Shown here piece after piece: positions 49,452 to 61,771 of a DNA stretch of 64,000 bases. The stretch lies in contig NC_134847.1 in assembly GCF_965363235.1 (NCBI RefSeq), forward strand, positions 70,173,664 through 70,237,663, written 5' to 3'. A model generated the notes under the pieces. That model ran no database searches. It saw only the letters and a program-made list of their open reading frames with translations, and was not told where the DNA came from. The position numbers were made by a program, and so were the translations under genes. Each line of letters starts with the position of its first letter. Position 1 is the stretch's first letter. This DNA comes from Mytilus galloprovincialis (taxonomy: Eukaryota).

Positions 49452-52400
49452 TAATTAATTTTAACATTTAAAAAAAAAGTTGTGTTAACTTAGTGAACAG
49501 CTACATTTGTAAATGGAGCATCTTGGAATATCATTTTCTTGGCTTTGCTTAACTATCATTTTGTTCAAAAGAGTGTGTGCATTGAAATTTTAATCAAATG
49601 TGTATAACCTTATTGTCACTGATGTGTTTTAAGAAGACGAAATGCACGTCTTGCGTACCAAATCGTAAGAGTGGTATTTTTAATGAGATTTTACAACCAC
49701 TCGGTTAATATAACTGCTTGTGGACGTTTCGCCTCTAAGGGTATCACTAACCCAGTAGTCTTCACATTTGTGTTGACATGAAATATTATTGATGCATATA
49801 ATCTTTTATAAATTACCTGTTGTACAATTTTGAATGATTCAAACACTAAAAAAAATCTAACCAAATGATATATACAGCCTTAGTCGTTTTTGACAACTTT
49901 CCCGTATTCTCTATTTTTTAAGCTCGTCAACTCTTACTGTTTTAATTCGAATTTTACTAATGAGTCTAATGTATTAAATTGTCTAAATTATAAGCCTTGT
50001 ATCTTTAATGATTAGTTAATATATGATGTGGTATGATTGTCATCGAATCAATTGTCCACTAAGCACCAAGTGACGAAAATTTCAGCAAGTTAATTCAAGG
50101 GTAGTCTACAAGAACTAAAATCCCATACTGCATGGAAAGCTATAAAATGGTAATCCATGACAATCTGTAGACAATTCAAACAGAAAAAACTAAATGCCTG
50201 ACCTATGTTCAAAATAATGAATGTAAAACAGACATGAGACCAAATAAATCCCCCTGAATTACAGGCTCCTTACTTTGCAAAGTCACAAATATATAATGTG
50301 CAGTTGATAAGCGTAACACGGTAGAAATTATAATTGTTGGAACTAAAAAGTTCGGAAATATTTGCCACAGATGATTCAAATCAGTAGTCTTTGCATCTAA
50401 GAATGAAATGTACTGCAGAAAATGTAAAAATATGTCGGACCTATAAGTGTTGCCTTTCAAAAATATAATAGCTGTCTATAACAGGTCATTCATAAACAAA
50501 CAAAAAACCTGTCTAGACGTTTAAAACCTCTGCAGCATTCAATCAACTTGTAAATAAGTGTTACGTACAATCTACAGCACAATATTTCAAGGTAACCTGG
50601 TAACAACACAATATCTGATGGTTGATACGAATGTTGTCTTGTGTCTGTTTTAAAAATTACAAAATATAACCAAATTATCAAGCATACCCCCCCCCCCCCC
50701 CGCACTGATTTTTTACTGGTACAGGAAACCCGCATTCTTATAAGTTATACTAGTTATTGCACTACCTTCGCGTGCAACAACTGATATAGTACTTAAAGAT
50801 CGGAATTTTTATTGTGTTTTAAGTCTTATGTTAATTGGTTTTGGTATGTTTGTGAATCTGAGAAGTCGAACCATTTTCGACTTATTTCATAGTTAGTTCT
50901 TATGTTTTTGCTATTGCACTACCTTCCCATTTTATGGGAGGGTATTTTGACGGCTAACATGCTTAACTTCACCACATCCTATATGCGTGATTGTGCCAAG
51001 TCAGGAGCCTGTTTCTTTGTTCATGTCGTTGGTGGATATATTCATATCTGTAGTCCATACATTGTTTTGTACATAAATCAGGCCGTTAGTTTCTTTTCGT
51101 TTCAATTGTTAAACATTTTGTCAAGGAAATGTCTTTTAAGGCTTACTATGCAGTTTGAGTTTTATTCCTTGTTGAATACCATTCGATGACATGCTGACAT
51201 CTTCATAGTAAATAGCTTATCACGAATTAGCACAAAAAATAAAAACTCAAACACAAAAGACCATTCACTCGCGAATTTAAATTTAAAAACATAAAGAAAA
51301 AATGTCATCATTAAAAAATGACTTTTCACAGCCTCCTAAATAAATATTATAAAAAACCGATAGGATTTCAAAAAAGGACAAAATGCTTAATTTGGAAAAC
51401 AAAACCAGAAAAAGAGAACAAGTGCCGTGTTTTATCTTTATGTCTATATACGAGACAGTAAATTGGAAATTTGAAATATTAAGATGAACTTCTGCATTAT
51501 ATTTTATTATTCAAACATTTTAGTGCGGCGGCTACAAGCATATTTCACACGAATAGATGCACCCTGCTACAAGCATGAAATTGGACAGAGACCTTCCTCA
51601 ATTATAACCTTTTTATTTCAGATAAATTCAACATGGCGAACATTGTACAAGTATTAGCCTTTCAAAAAGGGCTAACCGTCTCTTAGCTAATGAAAATGGA
51701 AAGTGTTCTCGCTTTGTAGATTAATTCATTTAGAATATCAATCAACAAATTTTACCACACACGCGAGGTCACACGGTATGAAGTAGTATATATCGTTTAA
51801 CGTTGTTGTTTCCAAAGATTCGGCTATATATAGATAAAAGTTACCTGTGTACCAAAAAGTAAAATCACAAAAATACTGAACTCCAAGGAAAATTCAAAAA
51901 GGAAAGTCCCCAATCAAATGGCAAAATAAAAAGTTCAAACACATCAAACGAATGAATAACAACTGTCATATTCCTGACTTGGTACAGGCATTTTCTTATG
52001 TAGAAAATGGTGGATTAAACCTGGTTTTAAAGCTAGCTAAACCTCTCACTTGTTTGACAGTCCAGTCGCATCAAATTCCATTATATTGTCACCGATGCGT
52101 GAACAAAACAAACAGACACAATAGGTAAAAATGTCAAAAAATAGGGGTTCAGCAGTCAACATTGTGTTATCATCTTAATCACTATATATCATGAATATGC
52201 ATGATTAATGATCAGATAAAATCTTATTGCTAAAATAGAGAGGACAAATCCGATACTCTACGGGATTGAAGGACATTTACTAGGTTTGGATTGTACTAAC
52301 CAATCAATAAACTTTGATTATTCACGTCTCGTAATATCTTCCAATCAGGTAGTAAGAAGCATTCACACACTGACTGTCCATCGTTCAATTCTTAATATCG

Positions 52401-52959
52401 TCTCCGAGGAGACGATAATTAAAATAAGATAAGTTAATAGGGACGGTAATTGAAATGTGTTTTAACGTATTGCTACTATAATTATATTGCACAGGAACCT
52501 TTCTATGGTGCTTCTCATAGATACAATGTATAAGACATATGTCTTTAAAACCCTTACTTCCGGTAATATCCAAAATGGATACAAAATGGGTACAAAGAAA
52601 TATCAATTTCTTATTTCAACTTTTTTCAAAATGTAAAGAAAATTTTGTTTTTTATGTGCTGGTCATTAAATTTTTGGCTTGAAGTTATCCGCAAAACCAC
52701 TTATTCTATTCTGTTGTATATGTGTAAATACACTGCTAACACTTCCGGTAAAAAAAAAACAATATGGCATAAATTTCAAAGATGAGTCATCAATCTATAT
52801 CTTCGATGTAGAGTAATGGATAGATTGATTAAAACAAAATAAAATCACTAAAGCACTAAAACATTTCTAAAATTACTACTATTCGGCCAAAAAAACCATG
52901 TTTATTCATGGTCACCACCTTGCACACAATACAGTGCACGGGTGACTAGATTTTCCACA

Positions 52960-54050
52960 TTAACAACGACTGCGGCATCCTTTCTTACATCCACAATGTA
53001 CAAGCTTCTGACAAAATGATGATTCTCTTTGTCCCTTCGCCATCCATTAGCGCCTGGCCTGGGTATCATAAGAGTCAATTCCAAGCTCATCCCACTAAAC
53101 ACCTACCTTAGTATGTTGCACGTTTTACATACTGGGAAAGAATTAGAGACCAAGTGGAGGTAAAAGCCTCAATAAGCCTTTCCTTTTGCGCAAATAGTTA
53201 TTTTTCTTGATTCGTTAACCATGTTAAACCAATCTGTTTAATTTTGCGATCTTACAGAAAAACCCCGGTGATTTAGGTTGATCAATCATCATTCTTTATG
53301 TTAAAGTCACATCTTCAAATGCCATCAATGTCTCCCATGCAGTCTTTTTTCCTTTTCAAGCAAACAGAAAACCGTATTACAACCGGAAAAGGCATGGATC
53401 ACAATAAGTGTGTGTGGTCACTCATTGTCTAGTGCATTTGAAAGGCCATTGCTAGATAGTAATTCAAAGTTTTTTGCCTACCCATACACAATCCATAGTT
53501 TGTCTACCCCTATGTCACGGAATAGCGCAATAGTAATGACAGCATCATCAGTAACGACTGTTCGAATCATGACTCGTTTAAGTTCGTGTTTCACTGCATC
53601 AGACACATGCACCATGATTCTTGTGACTGTCTCTTAATGTGAACTTGATGCTAAACTTGAAAAACATCACGTGGTGGATAAGATAGAATATCCTGAGCAT
53701 GTGTTACTACAACTACCGTTCACATCCAAGACTTCATCCACTCGTGTTACAGTTTCAAGGTTTCGGAGAGCTGATGTTCAACATTTACAAAGACTGTGGT
53801 ATTGTTTCTTACATCCATAATGTACAAGCTCCTGAAAAGACGAAGAGGTCTCACAAAGAGTTGTCCAAAAGGTTTCCCATGGATCATATTTGTTCCTTCG
53901 CCATGCATAAGCGTCTGGACTAGGAACCAATTCTAAGCTTGTTACTAATTCACACCCGCCATGGTATATTGCACGCTTAACATGCTGAAAAAGACTAGCC
54001 AGAGTCGTGGGAAAAGCCTCAATAAGTCTTTCCTCTTTCAAAAACACATG
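52960..54050 (-). other. Two paralogous degenerate segments of about 250 bp (52960-53200 and 53800-54050) carrying related minus-strand ORFs
   Basis: ORF 52902..53102 and ORF 53778..54047 share …SLEL..P.P.A.AWRR.K… and the upstream …ERLIEAF… Copy 1 is broken by a stop codon. No family could be assigned. Confidence 0.3.
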
Positions 54051-54270
54051 TTTTCTTGCTTTGTAAACCCCATCTTATAAGTTTTTTTCAATCTTACAAC
54101 AAAACCAAGTATCGTTTTATTAGTGACATTATCAAGTCCATAACTGGTGATGTTGGCTGATCAATCATCATTCTTAGCTGTATTTGGCAAAACTTTTAGG
54201 AATTTTGGTCCTCAATGCTTTTCAACCTCGTACTTTATTTGGCCTTTTTAACTTTTTAACTTTTTTGGAT

Positions 54271-54330
54271 TCGAGCGTCACTGATGAGTCTTTTGTAGAC
54301 GAAACGCGCGTCTGGCGTATATACTAAATT
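54271..54330 (+). ncRNA. Candidate type I hammerhead ribozyme, the best-formed copy, lying directly at the 5' edge of the 30/31-bp satellite
   Basis: tcgagcgtca-CUGAUGA(54281-54287)-GUC-uuuugua-GAC-GAAAC(54301-54305)-GC-gcgucug-GC-GUA|uauacuaaauu. Helix II and helix III are closed by loops and helix I is open, which is type I topology. The predicted cleavage site is after 54319. Confidence 0.55.
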
Positions 54331-54347
54331 TAGTCCTAGTATCTATG

Positions 54348-57300
54348 ATGTACATACATGGGAAAGTCAGGTTACAATGGTTACACGCATGGATAATCAG
54401 GTTACAATGGTTACACGTATGGAGAATCAGGTTACAATGGATACATACATGGGAAAGTCAGGTTACAATGGTTACACGTATGGAGAATCAGGTTACAATG
54501 GATACATACATGGGAAAGTCAGGTTACAATGGTTACACGCATGGAGAATCAGGTTACAATGGTTACACGTATGGAGAATCAGGTTACAATGGATACATAC
54601 ATGGGAAAGTCAGGTTACAATGGTTACACGCATGGAGAATCAGGTTACAATGGTTACATGTATGGAGAATCAGGTAACAATGGATACATACATGGGAAAG
54701 TCAGGTTACAATGGTTACACGCATGGAGAATCAGGTTACAATGGTTACATACATGGGAAAGTCAGGTTACAATGGTTACATGCATGGAGAATCAGGTTAC
54801 AATGGTTACACGCATGGAGAATCAGGTTACAATGGTAACATGCATGGAGAATCAGGTTACAATGGTTACATACATGGGAAAGTCGGGTTACAATGGTTAC
54901 ATACATGGGAAAATCAGGTTACAATGGTTACATACATGGGAAAGTCAGGTTACAATGGTAACATGCATGGAGAATCAGGTTACAATGGTTACATACATGG
55001 GAAAGTTGGGTTACAATGGTCACATGCATGGAGAATCAGGTTACAATGGTTACATACATGGGAAAGTCAGGTTACAATGGTAACATGCATGGAGAATCAG
55101 GTTACAATGGTTACATACATGGGAAAGTTGGATTACAATGGTTACATGCATGGAGAATCAGGTTACAATGGTTACCTACATGGGAAATCAGGTTACAATG
55201 GTTACACGCCTGGAGAATCAGGTTACAATGGTTACATACATGGGAAAGTCAGGTTACAATGGTTACACGCATGGAGAATCAGGTTACAATGGTTAAATAC
55301 ATGGGAAAGTCAGGTTACAATGGTTACACGCATGGAGAATCAGGTTACAATGGTTACACGTATGGAGAATCAGGTTACAATGGATACATACATGGGAAAG
55401 TCAGGTTACAATGGTTACACGCATGGAGAATCAGGTTACAATGGTTACATACATGGGAAAGTCAGGTTACAATGGTTACACGCATGGAGAATCAGGTTAC
55501 AATGGTTACACGCATGGAGAATCAGGTTATAATGGTTACATATATGGGAAAGTTGGATTACAATGGTTACATGCATGGAGAATCAGGTTACAATGGTTAC
55601 CTACATGGGAAATCAGGTTACAATGGTTACATACATGGGAAAGTCAGGTTACAATGGTTACATACATGGGAAAGTCAGGTTACAATGGTTACACGCATGG
55701 AGAATCAGGTTACAATGGTTACATACATGGGAAAGTCAGGTTACAATGGTTACACGCATGGAGAATCAGGTTACAATGGTTACACGCATGGAGAATCGGG
55801 TTACAATGGTTACACGCATGGAAAATCAGGTTACAATGGTTACATACATGGGAAAGTCAGGTTACAATGATTACACACATGGAGAATCAGGTTACAATGG
55901 TTACACGCATGGAGAATCAGGTTACAATGGTTACATACATGGGAAAGTCGGGTTACAATGGTTACATACATGGGAGAGTCAGGTTACAATGGTTACATGC
56001 ATGGAGAATCAGGTTACAATGGTAACATACATGGGAAAGTCGGGTTACAATGGTTACATACATAAAAAAATCAGGTTACAATGGTTACATGCATTGGGAA
56101 GTCATGTAACAATGGTTACATACATGGGAAAGTCAGGTTACAATGGTTACACGCATGGAGAATCAGGTTACAATGGTTACATACATGGGAAAGTCAGGTT
56201 ACAATGGTTACACGCATGGATAATCAGGTTACAATGGTTACATACATGGGAAAGTCGGGTTACAATGGTTACATACATGGGAAAGTCAGGTTACAATGGT
56301 TACATGCATGGTGAATCAGGTTACAATGGTTACATACATGAAAAAATCAGGTTACAATGGTTACATACATGAAAAAATCTGGTTACAATGGTTACATGCA
56401 TGGAGAATCAGGTTACAATGGTTACATACATGGGAAAGTTGGATTACAATGGTTACATGCATGGAGAATCAGGTTACAATGGTTACCTACATGGGAAAGT
56501 CGGGTTACAATGGTTACATGCATGGAGAATCAGGTTACAATGGTTACATACATGGGAAATTAGGTTACAATGGTCACACGCATGGAGAATCAGGTTACAA
56601 TGGTTACCTACATGGGAAATCAGGTTACAGTGGTTACACGTATGGAGAATCAGGTTACAATGGTTACACACATTGAGAGTCAGGTTACAATGGTTACATA
56701 CATGGGAAAGCCAGGTTACAATGGTTACACGCATGGAGAATCAGGTTACAATGGTTACATACATGGAGAGTCAGGTTACAATGGTTACATACATGGGAAA
56801 GTCAGGTTACAGTGGTTACACGTATGGAGAATCAGGTTACAATGGTTACACACATTGAGAGTCAGGTTACAATGGTTACATACATGGGAAAGTCGGGTTA
56901 CAATGGTTACATACATGGGAGAGTCAGGTTACAATGGTTACATGCATGGAGAATCAGGTTACAATGGATACATACATGGGAAAGTCAGGTTACAGTGGTT
57001 ACAAGCATGGAGAATCAGGTTACAATGGTTACCTACATGGGAAAGTCAGGTTACAATGGTAACATGCATGGAGAATCAGGTTACAATGGTTACACACATT
57101 GAGAGTCAGGTTACAATGGTTACATACATGGGAAAGTCGGGTTACAATGGTTACACGCATGGAGAATCAGGTTACAATGGTTACACACATGGAGAATCAG
57201 GTTACAATGGTTACATACATGGGAAAGTCAGGTTACAATGGTTACATGCATGGAGAATCAGGTTACAATGGTTACATACATGGGAAAGTCAGGTTACAAT

Positions 57301-57851
57301 GGTTACATACATAGGGATTCAGGTTACAATGGTTACATACATGGAGAATGAGGGTTACAATGGTTACATACATGGGGATTCAGGTTACAATGGTTACATA
57401 CATGGAGAATGAGGGTTATAATGGTTACATACATGGGGATTCAGGTTGCAATGGTTACATACATGGGGATGCAGGTTACAATGGTTACATACATGGAGAA
57501 TTTGGTTACAATGGTTACATACATGGAGAATTTGGTTACAATGGTTACATACATGGGGAATCAGGTTACAATGGTTACATACATGGAGAATTTGGTTACA
57601 ATGGTTACATACATGGGGATTCAGGTTACAATGGTTACATACATGGAGAATGAGGGTTACAATGGTTACATACATGGGGATTCAGCTTACAATGGTTACA
57701 TACATGGAGAATGAGGGTTACAATGGTTACATACATGGGGATTCAGGTTACAATGGTTACATACATGGAGAATGAGGGTTACAATGGTTGCATACATGGG
57801 GATTCAGGTTACAATGGTTACATACATGGAGAATGAGGGTTACAATGGTTA
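54348..57851. repeat. Satellite array of about 3.5 kb whose units alternate between 31 bp (ggttacaatggttacatacatgggaaagtca) and 30 bp (ggttacaatggttacacgcatggagaatca), giving a 61-bp higher-order repeat
   Basis: About 115 monomers, with variant subfamilies toward 57300-57850 (…ggggattca…/…gagaatgagg…). All ORFs at 54345..57775 on both strands (GYNGY…, VTMVTRMENQ…, HCNL… repeats) are translation artefacts. Confidence 0.95.
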
Positions 57852-57879
57852 ATTCCATGGTGATTTGTTTATCTTTTGA

Positions 57880-58340
57880 TGTGAACTTCCTTTCATATGA
57901 AATAAATTTATGATTTTATGTTTCTGAGTTATGGGGTTAAATTATCATTAAAAAAAGAGGGATCTTCAAGTTTTCGAACAATAACTCAAGAATGCTATCA
58001 TTGACTTGCAAGAACTTCTGCTGAATTGTTTATATCAGAGACATATAATATAGAATTATATGTCTCAGTTCATATCTGCATGAACTGCCTTTAGATTTTC
58101 ATAAATTTTAGATTTTACGTTTATTGAGTTTCTTCAGGGTTAATACAATTAACAGTCATAATAATTAAAAAAAAGGATGATTTCCAAGATTTCGACAAAA
58201 ACTCAAAAATGCTTTCAGCAGTTCTCACAAAACTTTGGTGAATTGTTTATCATCTATTGATGTAAGCTCCTTTTAGAATTGTTTTAATTTAAGATTTTAC
58301 ATATCTATTCATTGAAAAAAGGGGAATTTCCCAGTTTTAG
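57880..58340. repeat. Three copies of the 150-bp family also seen at 13790-14700
   Basis: …ataactcaa.aatgct.tca….ttgtttat.atc…agattttcataaatttt.gatttta.gttt. Confidence 0.75.
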
Positions 58341-60187
58341 GACAATAACTCAAAAGAATTTAAGGGTTCCATGGAACATAGTGTCTCGCCTACTTTATGA
58401 ATGTAATTAATGTTTAGAGAACTTTAACTGCAGATTTTATGTGCTGTTAACTGGAAGAATATAAAGAAAAACTGGAAATATATTTTTACAAAATTTCCTT
58501 CTGCATACTATAGCTATTAATCATAAATAACCTTCTGTCCAAGTTTGGTACCTTAGAAATCCAGGATAGTTAAAGAAAGTTATTAACATTTTAAAAACTT
58601 TAACCACTGATTGAATATTTGTGAACGCCCTAGGCCTTGATGCACCCGATGGAATGTAGAATCGCTATGTCTTGCTTTTTTCGACAAAAGTCAAAGGCTT
58701 GACAAAAATGATTTAAGGAATTGTCATGAAATTGTAAATTGTTGAAATCTATTTATGTGAACTCCCTTATGATTTTCAGAAATTTCAAGTATGCCATTGA
58801 ACATTAGTTTGCCTCAACCAAATGGTTTGAAACTTATACACAATGCTTATTACCACATAATACAGGATTGGGCACAGGACATTTTAGCGAGAGATAAAAA
58901 AAAGACTACCGGTACTAGGGAATATTTTAGCGCCTACATTAGAGCCCATTTTAGCGTGTGATTACTCTGTTCTCCTGTATTTTGGATAGTCCATTTTAGC
59001 GAAAGCTGACCCTGGTTGAATAATACTAGCCTCACTATAACCATGAACAATAATTTATACTGGTTTAATGTTTAAGTTGTTTATATGTTCATCATGGAAA
59101 TACAATAAAAGATGTATCGAATTCGCAGATTATCTCTTAGAAGAAACTGGGAAGAACTGAAGATTCTATATTCCCACTTAAGCTTTGGGCAGTGTAATTC
59201 AAAGCAACCAATTGATCGTCCAGGGTCTTTCCATGCCCATTATAATGAGCAGTTTTATAGTTGTCACCCAGCTATTTACATTTTCCTTGATACTATTATT
59301 AAATTTCAAACAACAACATATTTAAAATTACAAAGTATACAGGAATGTGCACCACATTCTAGACAAGATAAAGAGAAAGAACAGTTCCGTATGCAATTCT
59401 ATGAATAGTATTGTACAGGGAGTATATTCATGCAGAGCCCATTATGTACTTTCTCATAGGATATATAAATATCAGGGTAGAACAGACTTTTAACATTTGA
59501 TTTAACCTTTTAGACTTTTAGTGCTGTATTTAATCTGGAATATAAATTACAGACTAGAACAGACTTTTAACATTTAAATTAATCTTTTAGACTATTAGTG
59601 CTGTATTTTAATGGACAAGATATGTTCTATAGTGCTGTCTTGAGTCTATTCAAGTTTTTTATTGATCATACATTATTTATTAGAATGGGTTAAAATATTT
59701 CTCTAAAATGGTCATTGACATTTTTAATTTTCACTAAAATGGGTTAAACATCTGGTGCTTAAAAGGCTTCTTCTTTGGCGCTAAAACATCAGATTCCCTG
59801 TGCTGTGGTTTCATATATATGTTTTCAACCTGTATACATGGTATACATGTATTGGTCTTAGGACACATCTTAATTAGTCTTAAGAAAGTCTTCTAAGATA
59901 AGATATGTTTGAATTTTGGGGACTTAGGCTAGTTGTAACAGTTGCGATGTCCCAAGTCAAAATACAAACAACAAATGAGGCATAAACTAAATAATTAAAA
60001 AACTAAAACAATATTAAACTATTATAACAAATAAATTAAATAAACAAAGTATTCCTCAATTTTTGTTAAAGATTTAATTGTGTTAAATTATTTCAGTAAA
60101 TTTCAGACAAATTTGATGAATAAGATACTTCTAGCTATCAACAAAGATTGTATATAAGTAATTAGTTTGAGTTTTGGGAATAATATA

Positions 60188-60481
60188 GGGTTATTGCATG
60201 AATATTGGGGAATATTGTCCCGAGTAGAATTTTATATTACACGAGCTTGCGAGTGCAATATATGTTCTACGAGGGACAATATTCCCCAATATTCATGCAA
60301 TAACCCTTTTATTGTATAGCAATATAATATTTGAAAGTAAAAAAATGGTTTAAACTAAGATTTAAACGTTGATGACGTCATGAATTTTGAAGATTTATTG
60401 CACTAGTGCAATATTAGAATTTATTGCACGCTAACTTTTGGTTACGTTCTGTGGGAAATATTATATTGCTATACAATAATA
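60188..60481. mobile_element. Foldback or MITE-like structure with nested perfect inverted repeats
   Basis: The 34-bp arm gggttattgcatgaatattggggaatattgtccc (60188-60221) is the perfect reverse complement of 60273-60306. A second pair lies at 60307-60333 and 60455-60481 (ttattgtatagcaatataatattt / aaatattatattgctatacaataa). Confidence 0.45.
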
Positions 60482-60904
60482 AGGAATATTACTAGGACTT
60501 TGTCTGGGTGTTCTAGAACCAACCTAATGCACATATCTTAATATATTGATCACATGGTTATTTAAACTTTACAGATTGCACAGACTTTTTGCGATCTGGT
60601 CAAAAGATTTAGTATATATTTTGTTTTGTTAAAAGAATATTTTTACTGTTTCATTTTATGTATTCTACTCATTTCGCTATCTATGTTATTTGTAAATTTA
60701 TGTGTATTTGTCTCAGTAAACGGACAGAAAGTCACAGAACAAAATGTCACAGGACATAAAGTCACAAAGATAGGACAACAAGTCACATGACAAAAGGTCA
60801 CAAATAATTTGTTGCCAATTGTTTGAATATGTAAGTGATGTATTCACTTTTTAATTCATATATTCATATTAAAGTTTAGGAAATGTGTCATTATACTTGA
60901 AAAA

Positions 60905-61250
60905 TGATTATTTATTTAATAAAAATCATGCAAAGGATATATTTATTGGCACAATGAAGCCATTTTAATGGCCATTAAAATGTGTCAAGCCACTTTCACA
61001 TTTTGTTTTTTTAACAATTATTTAATCATCTTTGATATTTTTTGGATAAATTTTGTTTACAAAGTTGGTTTATATACAATAGTTAAAAAAAAATACCAAA
61101 ATATTTTTGTAGAAATAAGCGTCTTTTATTCAAAGAAAATAGCCAGAAAAAAAATAATTGTGACTTTTTGTCCTGTCACTTATTGTCCGTGACTTTTTGT
61201 CTATTACTTTTTGTCCTGTGACTTTCTGTCCTACATTCTTTGTCGCTCCT
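60905..61250. repeat. Dispersed repeat of about 340 bp (atgcaaaggatatatttattggca.aatgaa.cca.ttt…attgtgactttttgtcct…), with a second copy at 63040-63335 and an inverted GTCACA-periodic fragment at 60722-60810
   Basis: Direct comparison of the two copies. ORF 60968..61192 is not supported. Confidence 0.6.
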
Positions 61251-61771
61251 GTTATGCAGGAAATCTGCGTCTGAGTGTATTTTGAATAAACAGTTTAAAC
61301 AGTACATAGATATTGCGGTGGAATTATATATATTTTTACATTTAATGTAATGTTGTATTATATATTATTGAGAGGTGAGACTTAAATAAAATATTGAATT
61401 GAATTGAATTGGAATATCAAATTTGTATAAATGCTCATTAATGTTTGTTATCGCTCATTATTTTTTTTTATCATATTGAAAAATTTTCTTAGCTCTCAGA
61501 ATAAAGTGAATCTTAATTGCATTATGAAAAGAAACTAGTTAATGAAAAATTTTCTTGCTTTTTAAAACAATTGAAAATCAAGTATGTTATCGTCAGTTTG
61601 GCTAAAATCTGTCAGTTAATAACCAAAAATTGTCTTCAGAAAAAATAAATACACTTCTACCATGTCTATAGATTGTGACATTTTTATGGTCTATTAATAA
61701 AATCATTTTTTTTCTCTGTGTATTATATTGTTGAAACTGCTGGACTGGCATGATACATATATATACACATT

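Noticed and set aside
50686-50701. Poly-C16 tract, poly-G tracts at 36270 and 41430-41440, and the minus-strand ORFs 50209..50460 and 50490..50735
   Set aside because: Homopolymer runs with no associated structure. The ORFs are short, unsupported by splice signals and unconserved within the window.
54345-57775. Many long overlapping ORFs on both strands (up to 284 aa) encoding GYNGY…, VTMVTRMENQ…, LQWLHAW… and HCNL… repeats
   Set aside because: They lie entirely on a 30/31-bp satellite, and every frame is open because the unit lacks stop codons. The peptides are periodic with the satellite, not gene-like.
58870-59790. Clusters of 'cattttagcg' (four times at 58880-59000) and the inverse 'cgctaaaa'/'ccattttag' (59700-59790) as possible degenerate TIRs of an element of about 900 bp
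   Set aside because: The motifs are short (9-10 bp) and imperfect, with no recognisable target-site duplication. Chance occurrence in AT-rich DNA is plausible.
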